A stretch of DNA of 64,000 bases. Origin: Eledone cirrhosa (Eukaryota). Shown here in pieces: positions 53,256 through 64,000 of this stretch. Made by a program: the position numbers and the translations under genes. Location of the stretch: the NCBI GenBank assembly GCA_964016885.1, contig OZ024741.1, positions 172,236,001 through 172,300,000 of the forward strand. Direction: 5' to 3'. The notes under the pieces were generated by a model. That model searched no databases. It was given only the letters and a program-made list of their open reading frames with translations, and was not told the origin of the DNA. Numbering within the stretch: the first letter of the stretch is position 1; each line of letters begins with the position of its first letter.

Positions 53256-56200
53256 TACATACATACATACATACATACATACATACATACATACATACAT
53301 ACATACATACATACATACATACATACACATCAACATGACCAGTCACACATAAGGCGTGGGAGACTATTAATTAAATCTAAGATAAATACTATAACGACAG
53401 TAATGCTGCAACACCCAACCGTGTTGAATAACTGGATATTTTTTCTAATTAAACTCACTGAAGACATCTTTTATTCAAATTCGTAGCGATATCCGACTAA
53501 ATAATAAATTGATTTTACAAGAATTTGATACATACGGCACGGATAAACGCAACATCAACATCACCAACATTATTGGAGAACCGAAGAAACAATAACGAGA
53601 AAGTTAAACAATTTATTTTAGTTGTAGCTACAGAAGGAACCGAAATTATAAATCGTAGTTTTCTTAGGGTTACAAATTTAATAACGGTGTATTTAATTGT
53701 TATAAAATGGCGAAGTAAGATCCCTCTGCTGGTTATATAAGCAGAATGAAGCTACACTGGGATGAAATACATCCAGAGCTAAATCACTTCACAGCCAAAC
53801 AATTACACCAACAAGCAAAGTTTGGTGAACATAAAAATAACATGAACATTATTCAGTGTAAGTAGCCCCAGATCAAACTTAACTTGCAAACAACAACACG
53901 TGCTACAGGCAGTTATCTTACTAGACTTTCTAGCAGCCAGGCTGACCATCAACAAACAACAGCAATATATTGGGTCGTCAATTATGAAATTTGTAGAAAA
54001 AAACATGAACATATGCCTCACTACACATTTCATACTTGATGACCCAATACAAATAGTCCATTGAAACAACCATGCCGGTAAGAAATTTGATTCCACGTGT
54101 ATCAACTGATTTTACCTTCACTGCTTTGGGATCTCGCAACCACGTTGATCAACATCGAAACACTATCAATAATAATACGTCTGCCATTAGCTGGAAAAAT
54201 CAAGAGTATAAACAATTGAAATATACCCTCAGAGAAACTTTCCAGAGAGAAATTAATTCATGTATAAACAACAATATTAAACAAAAAGTAACTACATAAT
54301 GAAATTCAGCGGACTATTGATAAAATTAGGGGGTGAATATTTACAATACATTGAAGCCCTACATATTGGCAAATCAACGTATGTTTATATGCCCTGGCAA
54401 CAATTGTGAAACACAACCTTAGTGAATACAGAGATGTTAGTATAAGTTTGGTAGAAATATCCAAGAGTAAGAGCACCCACTCCATCGGACGTGTTAAGTA
54501 TAATTAGTTACAACAATGATATATGACATTAGTTTCAAAAATGACAGTACTTAAGTTTCGTTGGGTTATACACCCAAACTCATTCAACCTGTTATATAAA
54601 ATAAAAATCTTCACAGGTTGATTGGGTTTTTTTAGAAAATAAATAAACAAATCTTTTACATAATGTAATGAGATGTAACTATCAAAAGAAATTACAAAGG
54701 GGGTGGGAACTTGTGCAAAGTTAGCAATTGAAAGAAATTAAATTCCTTAAAATTAAAATCAGTTAGTCTGGCCTATATCATTTTCTCAGAATGAATTTCG
54801 CTTCGTGTGGAGAGAAACTAAAGCAGTCGATGTGTGTATTTTAGTAGTGTTTCTCTGAAGCCAGTTGCGAGAATATACTCTCGCAACAAAAAGGAAAGAC
54901 CCCATTCTAACTATAATCAAATGACTTCCATCTGGTATCTTCCTCTTATTTTACCGATGTAGTGTATCTAAGATTACAATATCAAATGGATCCTTCCATT
55001 TTTTAGAGAGTATGTTATTTGAAGGAGACTTAGCTTCTCTTTCTAACACGTCAAGTGACCAAAAGGTGATCCATCACAACTATAATCAAAGTTATTGCAA
55101 CGGAGTGTTTTTTCTTTTATCCAGGCAGTGTAACTATGAATCCATTATCCAATGTCATTCTATGTTTTAAGAGCGATTTCAAGTTGGTATTTCAAACAAG
55201 GCCAGTAAAGTAGAGGAAACCTCTAAGCTCTTACAAATCTGCTGCTTTCGCATAAACACATTACATATGCATTAGAACAGTATTGGTAGATATTACAAAC
55301 GTCTATTTCAAACCTCAATGATTTCCCCTCTCGGGTGGAAGATTATTAAATATTAAAACCGCCGACCAGGGTAATTTTGAAGCCAGATAGTCGCTTAGTG
55401 ATCAAAGCAGTGACATATAACACAGAACTTATTCGTTTCTCTAGAAGTATTTACGCCATTACTTCGAAAATCCCAAATTCCTACACAAAAATAGGAACAG
55501 TAATAAGCAAAACTGCGAATCTGAAATCATTTAAAGATTTTCATAAAATTTCTCCAGCCACACAACTCTCGAATGTAGTAATGAAATTGTAAGTAAGAAA
55601 GGCTCAATTAGATAGATGGTAATGACTGGAAGATACGTATATCTTTCATGTGTCTATTACTAGCAAATTCTCTACAGATTTCGTAATGCCATTTCTTGTT
55701 TAAATATTCTTACATTGAAATATTGATTTGAAGTAAAAATAAACTAAAATGTACATTGCTGTATAAAACAATAAAACCAAAACATATCTAGAGTTGTGGC
55801 GAAATTGCTAAAGACAAGACTCACTTCCCATTAAATACCATATTTATTTCATTTTTGATTAAATAAAATTCTGGTATTATCCGCCCCTGATTTATTATTT
55901 AGCTAAATTAGTCATTACAGAATCTATTCTACTTATTACTAAGCGTGTAATTTTAATTAATTAAACTGTCTGGGATTACTACAATAAATGAGCTGGCGTC
56001 CATTTTAGTAATAGTTTCAATGCAACAAATTTGTATGAGAATGTGTTTGTAAATTGGTTGCTTGTGCGTATCAAAATATTGTGTGCGCGTGTGTTACTTA
56101 GACATGGCTGTATGTCATTGAGTTGTTGTAAATGGGTAGCGCTGTGTGTGTATGTGTGTGCGTGTGTGTGTGTGTCTGTGTTCGTATATGTGTGTTAAGT

Positions 56201-56329
56201 GAGTATGTACGTTTCCTTCAAAGAATTTTGCGGATCTGTGTTGATTAATGGAATCTTAGTGTCTCTTCTTGTGATGCTTAACTACGCCAGTGGCAGACTA
56301 CGCATTATTATGTGATATCTCTCTCCACA

Positions 56330-56910
56330 AAATTCGATCACCAGCAGCAGAGTTCAAAGAGCAAAGATCAAGTCCATAAACTGAGATTGTCATGCCATCG
56401 TTTTGGCTGCCGGCCTCTGCTTCTATTACCAGCCAACCTTCCTTCCAGGCATAACCTACTCAGACCACGAGTTGATCTTTTTATATGGCCGTATAGTTTG
56501 AGTACTCTTGACTTGACAATTCATGTAATTGGTCTAAGTTTTGTAATGTTGAACAGCTCACTGATACAGATGTGTTCGCTTGCCAGTCATGTGGTTCTGG
56601 AATGTAGAGAGCTTCTGAAGTGATCTTGTCGTCCAATTTACACAGTCAAGACCATATAACACAACTGATAGGTTGCAAGTATCGAAGATCTTAGCCTCCA
56701 AAACAACGTGTAAGACAACTGATAAAAACAATGCCAATCTCCAACTCACAATCTATAACCAGCCATTGCTCAAGTTACAGAGTTTGTATATCTCGATCAC
56801 AAACTATCATCAAACAACACTGGAATGGTTGCTGCGCAATATCGAATCGTTTTAGGTTGGGCAGCTTTCCACAAGAACAAGGAAGTACTGACATCAAAAC
56901 TAGTTTCCTA
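56330..56910. mobile_element. RTE LINE fragment with a 5' inversion
   Basis: Minus strand: AKIFDTCNLSVVLYG...LEGRLAGNRSRGRQPKRW. Plus strand from about 56700-56910: QVTEFVYL, (L)GWAAFHKNKEVLTSK. Confidence 0.7.
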
Positions 56911-59179
56911 TCATTTGAATCTTAGTATATGAGTGTTTATGGTGTTATTCTGTGTACATTAATATTTGAAACTGTTAGCTCTTATTGTTCTTTCTTTTCG
57001 TAATGTTGTGTGTGTGTGTGTGTGTGTGTGTGCGTGCGTGCACGCGTGTGTGTGCGTGCGTGCGTGCGTGTGTGTACTGTGTAGTGAGTGTGTGTATTTG
57101 TATTAGTGTATGCATGTGTGAGACTTGAATGAATGTACGCCTTTGTGTCCTGGTGTGTCTTGGGTGAGGGCATGCATATGCCTTGTGCGTATCTTTTGCT
57201 ATAGTGTGCTTACGTTGGTTTTAGTATATGTATGTATTTATATTAAATTTGGGAATATATATGTGTTGTTTTGTTGTTTAAAATGCGTGCATAACTCTAG
57301 TTTGACAAGATCTGTGTCGGAACGTATTTTATGGAATATATATGCATGATTTTCATGTACGTTTGTGTATTGCATATGTCAGGTAAAATAACTATGGGAA
57401 AAAATTACAGCGTGACAATATTCAGCATAATATCTATCCATTATACTATCCCCATTAACCACATTTCAACGAGGCCACATAACAACTTCTCCCTTTCTCC
57501 TTCTGGACCTGATTGACAATCACGACCCTTTTCTCCTTCTGATTCTTGAACTGGTATGATCTGGATTCGAAAATTTCAAAGCCCTTTCTTTCTGTCTGTG
57601 TTAGGCTTACTATATTTCAATATCCCACAGAAGCCACAAAGTACTCCGTTGCCTCTGATGCCAACCATTTTATCCCAGTCATGCGCTCTTGTAGGGAGGA
57701 AAGGATGATATCGTTTAAATTGCGTAATACCAGCACGATTCGCGTCTTACCACTGTTCTACTGTTCGAATATTGATGGGATAGGTAATGGTATCGGGCCA
57801 CTATTCTTTTACAAAGCCGCACAGGCAAACGTTCGTGGAAATCCTAGCTTCATGCAAATAAAGATATTACATTTCCTCTCAGTAGTTTCTACACGTATTA
57901 GTGCGACTGAAGAAAACATTACTAGCTACTGCATTGTTGGGTACAGTGGAAACTGTATGTAACAGAGCTTTAATTTGCCTGGTTGTAATGTTATATCAAT
58001 AATTGAAAGTCCCTTAATGTTATCATTGAGTGACTCATAATATAACCTCCTCAGGCTCTTTACAGACGTTTCCCCTATCGTTGGCATGACCCCTCCTGCA
58101 ACCTCATCTTTCACTTCTTTTTGCCTTCCTTTGATAAGCGTTACAGTAAGTAATATTCTCTGCTTTGAAACGCATCCTTACCAAAATTAATCTATTGCGT
58201 CTACGCATGTATTTCACCATTGACTACTTGTATTTTGCCAACAATGCTACATAATTCATGAGGGCTTTGTCTGGGGTACGAATCTTCCTTTTATTGCCAC
58301 AAAAGGTTGTAGCTCGCCTGATAGCTTCCCTTCCAAGTATCAGCCACATGACTGATATTGTGCAGCCAACTTCAATCTCCGCCTTCAACATGTTTTAAAC
58401 TTTCGCAAACGTCTTTGTGGTAAAGCGCATGTAAAACATTTTGTAATAGTTCATCATCAATGTACTCACCCCAGTAGGGATCCAGAAGAGGCTCATATCA
58501 AACACAAGCCTTTCATGTCCTACTTCTTAAATATTTCGATTTCAGGGTCCTTGTATTTTGACAGTTTCTTATTTTGTTTCGGGTGATATTTTGGTCAGAA
58601 AGAAGTACGATGTCTATCAATGTACAACTATTTTATACAAGTATTTTTTCCAGTTTTTGACGGTTTGCATTGATCTTTTTGTGAGTGTGAATGGGCAGGT
58701 CCCAGATGATTAAAGTGAGATCTTTTCCACGTACCGTGCTTGGTAAAAGTTTATACACCTCTTGTTCGTTTTCATATCGAATTGTTGACATATAACTCAG
58801 TGTATATATAGTTTACAACTGAAACATGTCTGTGTATATATTCAAACTTGGCAAAAATATCGACAGCCGGAGATAATGTCGTCAACTACCTCATAGTGTT
58901 GGCAGCATATTTTGTATTTGGATTTTTTTCTTTATATAGACAATGGTCTTTTGCATGGATAATCAGTCTTTTTTGTTTGAGCCATTGTTGATGTACACTT
59001 TGGCTTACATCTTCTCTGTCGAAACTTGCTGGGCATTTGCCATGGAGTGGATTTTCTCTCCATTTCTTCTATGTTGTGTTGTTATCTGTATTTCTTGTTC
59101 AACGTAATATGTTTCTGTTTTGTACTTTATGGTTTCCATGTATAGGGAAAATTAGTTTTCATGTTTCTTTATTACACAA

Positions 59180-59259
59180 GTAATACACTGGGATAATTGC
59201 TGGCCTTATACCAAAGGTAGAAACAATTATTATTATAATTATTATTATTATCATTATTA

Positions 59260-59306
<47 letters not shown>
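59180..59306 (+). repeat. SINE 3' remnant plus (ATT)n tract
   Basis: CACTGGGATAATTGCTGGCCTT...AGAAACAATT followed by (ATT)n. Confidence 0.75.
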
Positions 59307-59307
<1 letters not shown>

Positions 59308-62300
59308 CTTGAATCTCAGTCATTGATGTTGGTTAACTGGAAAGTTTGTTGGAATGAATATCAAGCCACTACCTGCAGCCTCAGATATTCAGGACGTATC
59401 GGAGGGTTCTTGCTGTTCCCAGCAAGCATGCCTTTTGAAGCGTTCCAAAAAGCGGGAAGGGGCCGATTTTCTTTAACCATCCCTGGAAACTTTTGGAGAT
59501 AGTCCCTAGTGCGCCTATGACAATCGGGATCACTTTGACTTCATGGCAGTTCCAAATCCTTTTTACCTCCCACTTTAAGTCCTGGTATCGGTTAATTTTC
59601 TCCCTCTCCTTCTCTTGCACTCTCGTGTCGAATGGGCAGGCCACATCCACAATCAGGCACGATCTTTTTTCTTTGTCCACAACCACCAGGTCAGGTCTAT
59701 TGTGTTCCAGTTTCTTGTCCGTCTGTATCCTAAAATCCCACAGCACCTTCACCTGATCGTTCTCTATCACCGCCTCTGGCTTATGCTCATACCATTTCTC
59801 AGAATGTGGTAAATTGTTTACTTTGCACAGGTGCTAGTGGATCACCCTGCCCATCACATCAAGTCTCCAGCCCTTATAGTGGGTCTGGGCTAGGTGTTTA
59901 CACTCGGATACAATGTGAGCCACAGTCTCCTCTCTCTCTCCACAGATCCTGCACAGTGGGCTAGCCTCCTCCTTGTAAATATGGTGTTTCAACCACTTCG
60001 TTTTGAGGGCTTGCTCCTGCGCAGCCATTAACATCCCTTCTGTAGCCTATTTAAGGTCTCCTCTTTTCAACCAGTTCCATGTCTGTGGATCTCTAAATTC
60101 AGTTTTCTCAAAGAAGGTACTATGAAGGGATTTTTCCTGAAGGCTGCTCTTTCTCCTTGATGTTATTTCCTCCTTGGACATCCTCTGGCCTATTGTCCCC
60201 TCCTTCAGTACAGTTCTGAGCATTGGCTCCTTACTATAGGTCACGTATTTGTATAGGTTGTTTTTCTCCATCTGAACACAGTCCTCTATGCTGATAAGAC
60301 CTCTTCCACCCTCAGATCTCCTTAAGTAGAGTCTATCGACATCACTCCTCTCGTGGAACATGTTGTAGATAGTCAATAGCTTCCTAGTCTTCCTATCCAT
60401 TTTTTTTTGTTCAGCAACATTCCATCTCAGGATTCCCGCACTGTACCTAATAATAGACACAGCTCGGGAATTTACTGCGCTTATGGCATTTCTGCTGTTC
60501 AGATGTGACTTCAATACGCGCCTTACTCTCCGAATGTATTCAGTTCTTAACAATTCCTTCATTTTTTTGTTCTTTATGCCATCAGCCTCCAGAACGCCCA
60601 AATACTTGTATCCTTCCTCAGAGTCAATTTCCTTTATCATCTCACCTGTTGGTATCTGGATTCCGTTGCTTCTGCTCAATTTACCCCTCTTCATCACAAG
60701 GACTCCACACTTACTAATACCAAATTGCATACATATATCATTGCTGAAAATACGGACAGTGTCAACAAGCACATCCAACTCCTTCTCACTCTTCCCGAAG
60801 AGCTTAAGATCGTCCATGAAGAGGAGGTGATTGATGGTAAGCTCTCCCTTTCCCAACTTGTATCCTGCTCTCACTTTTCGCAGTATAATGGTCAGGGGCA
60901 TCAGGGCAAGGTCAAACAACAGAGGGGACAGACTATCTCCCTGGAAGATACCTCTCTTGATCTTCACGCCTCCCAAGGATTCTCCAGCTGATGTTAACTC
61001 TGTTTTCCAGGACTTCATACTTTTCCCAACAACTGTCTGATGTTATCTGCCACCTTGAAGATCTGTAGGCTTTTGGTGATCCAAGAATGAGGCACCATGT
61101 CAAATACCTTTTTGTAGTCTATCCATCCCATGGCAAGACCAGTGTGTCTCCTCTTGCAATTCCTCATTACCATCTCATCAATAAGTAACTGGTCATTTGT
61201 ACTACGGGACTTCTTTCGGTATCCTTTCTGTTCGCCCGGTAACAAGTTGTTTGTGTGGAGGTGATGGTAGATTTCCTCAGACATAATGCTTGTCAACAGT
61301 TTCCACATTACGGACAGACATGTGATAGGTCTATAGTTGGTAACATCATTACCCTTGATTCGCTCTTTCATTACCAGAACTGTGGTACCTTTTGTCAACC
61401 CATCTGGTACCTCACCTGACATCAAGCAGTCATTGAACATGGTTGTCAGTTTCGGGTAGAGGGATGTTATATTTTTAATCCAATACCCCTGCACACCATC
61501 TGGGCCTGGTGATTTCCAGTTGGTTAGTTTTTTGGCCTGCCTCTTAAGAGTTTCAACTGTGATACTCAAATCAGTTTGTTGGTGTGCCTGTTCACTAATC
61601 TCCTTTTGTACTGTCTCAATCCACACTGCCTGGTCATTATGTTTAACATCCTGCTCCCATATTCCTCTCCAGAATGTCTTAGTTTGTTCCGCCTCAGGGA
61701 TCAAGTCGTTGCCTCTTTCTTTCCCTTCAAGCTATCCAAACAGCATCTTCTGGTTGTTGTCAAACATGCGGTTCTGTCTATACTGACTGACTCTGCTCTC
61801 GTATCGCCTAATTTTTGCACTCTTTGCTACAATGCGTTGCTTCAGTTCCTCTATGATAATATTTAGCTTTTTCCTCCTAGTTTTGTACTTTATTTCCAGT
61901 CTATTTTCAGTGTTTATGTTTTTTAGTGTCCCATTCAGTAGGGACTCAAGCTTTCCAATGTCATTTCTCATTTCCCTGATTTGACCATTCAGTCGTTTCT
62001 TCCACCAAGGCTCTGATCTTTCTTGTTTGTTGTTTCCTCTCGCTTTTATACCAAGTAATTTCCTCACCACATTTGCTGTTGCTTTGAGGATATTGTTGCA
62101 CTGGTGAAGGCTCCTCGCCTCAAGGTATGGGATGACTTTGTTTACCTTAGCTGTTGTTTCTTTTAACTTTTTCCTGTCTACAAATCTTAGGTTCATAGGT
62201 TTCCCACTATCATTGTTCAATTCATCTACCACTAAGTTTAGGATATCAACCAAATATTGTCCTAGCCCGTCAGCATTCATCTCCTCAATGGCCGTATCTT

Positions 62301-62870
62301 TGTTCCAGGTATTATTTATTTCAGCATTCAGATCATTGTCTGCTTCGGATGGTTCCTCCGTTCTCTCAACCTCTTCACCTTCATTTCCCACTGGCTCGTT
62401 TGCCTGGCATACTCCACTCTCCATTTCCCGTTTGCCTGGCATACTCCACTCTCCATTTCTAACCTAATCTCTCTGCTCAGTTCCTCCAGTTCCAGCTTGC
62501 TTATCCAGCCATTAGTTCTTAATACCCGAGCCTGCCCGGCCAATTTTTCTTCATCTAATTTAAATAGACCAATCTCGTTCCAGATGTTATGCATCCGTTT
62601 TCTATAGCCTTTCTCCTTGGGGTTACTCTTCAGGGAACATTGCATAACAGTTCTATTCAATTCTTTTGTCCAGTTGGTTCTGGTCCCTTTCCTTCTTCTT
62701 CTTCCTCCGACACCAGCGGTATTTGGTTGACAGCTAGGTTCCTGCTGCTGAGCCAGGGAGCACCTGCTGGGTGAGAGTCTGTCACATGACATTCTAGTCT
62801 CCACTTCACTGTTATTCGAACTGTTTAGGTTCGACATTTAAACACTCTTATCGAGGATTGGTGAATGTAT
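59307..62870 (-). mobile_element. R4/Dong-clade non-LTR retrotransposon (RT plus restriction-like endonuclease), near full-length, disrupted
   Basis: WKSPGPDG, NYRPITCL, WIDYKK.FD.VPH, GIFQGDSLSP, LFMDD, CRICG...ETVAHIVSEC, LWDF..NRPD..VDVACP..K..RY; (AAT)n tail on the element strand. Confidence 0.92.
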
Positions 62871-63744
62871 GGTTACATAACCACCGGTGATTTCATCACT
62901 CCCGGTGATTTTTTTGTGGCACTATCACGCTGTAGACGAACATAAATAAACAAGCAAACAAATAGGTAAAAAAAAAATAAAAAAAGAATAAGCATAAGTT
63001 TCATTGTAATGTAATGTTTGAATGTCTGACTGTAATGTAATGTTTTTCCCTTCCCTGTCTGTTTGTTTTTCTTTTCATTTTTCTTTTCTTTATGTTTTTC
63101 GTTGTTGCTGTGCAGCATTGATTTTGATTTTTGGTTTTTTGATTTTTTGACCGGGTCATCAAATCAGTCTATTTATATATTTTGATGCCTTCCTCTTTTA
63201 GTGGGGACACTACGATGCATGTCTTAGCAGGAGGTAGAGGGAGAGAATAGCGGTGGTAGTGATAATGAGGCAGTGGTGGTGGTGGTGGTGCTGTGCTAGT
63301 AGTACTTAGCAGGAGGTAGTGGGAGAGAATAGCGGCGGCAGCGATATTGAGGCAGTGGTGGTGGTGATGTGATCGTAGTACTGTAGTGATGGTGTTGAAG
63401 TTGAAGTAGAAATAGAAGTTGAGGTAACTTGACTAGAGTTTTTAGCGTGGCAGTGGTGGTGAAATTCTTTTTCTGTCTGTCCACTTAGCCATTTAGCTAT
63501 TTAGCTATTTTGCCATTTTGCCATTTTCCTCTTTTTCGACTATAACATTTCTGATCCAAAATTAAATATTAAATATTGGGGCCCTATGCCGTAAATTGAT
63601 GCGTTATGGCTTGCTGAACGTGAAAACTGTAATCTTATTGTTCATTTGTAATAAGAATTATTCTATCACAGCTGTTTTAAAGAAGTAAAAATCAAAAACT
63701 TACGGGAGCGATTCCATAACGATATATATCCACCATGTGCATTT

Positions 63745-63785
<41 letters not shown>

Positions 63786-64000
63786 GGCGACCTACGTAGT
63801 AAATCGTATCATCGTGAGCTCCGCAAAGGTTTGTTATTTTCAGTTGTTTAAAATTGCCATTCATGGAAATTTTTTATTGTTAACTATATATAAGTGCACA
63901 TACATTGATTTCTGAAAAGGACACTCAGAAATATTGGGGCCTTGGAGCCCAAAATTTAAACTTTTTTATAATTATCAAACAAAAATTTTTCTTTGAAAAA

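Noticed and set aside
53490-54600. Possible very old PLE remnant (QQYIGSS)
   Set aside because: A single weak motif is too little to call.

Overview
AT-rich, microsatellite-dense metazoan intergenic or heterochromatic DNA. It is probably a cephalopod or other mollusc, inferred only from the tRNA/Meta-domain SINE and the repeat landscape. No host protein-coding gene can be supported. The window is almost entirely transposon-derived. It holds at least three lineages of Penelope-like retroelements (PLEs; RT plus C-terminal GIY-YIG), most ending at (TA)n tracts with inverted pLTR fragments. It also holds a GC-rich Ty3/Gypsy element with a clear -1 frameshift signal, an R4/Dong-type LINE, RTE fragments, a maT-like Tc1/mariner remnant, a non-autonomous Helitron and about 10 SINE copies. 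The most notable signal is a dense set of type I hammerhead ribozymes (HHRs): about 20 motifs from about 10 sequence families, read by eye. Three of these families belong to homologous non-coding elements; two form head-to-tail ~470-bp monomers. All three keep an octamer motif, an HHR with a palindromic stem III and a forkhead-like motif in the same order while the ribozyme stems covary, so they are a candidate retrozyme/circRNA system. Element boundaries are approximate and were read manually.
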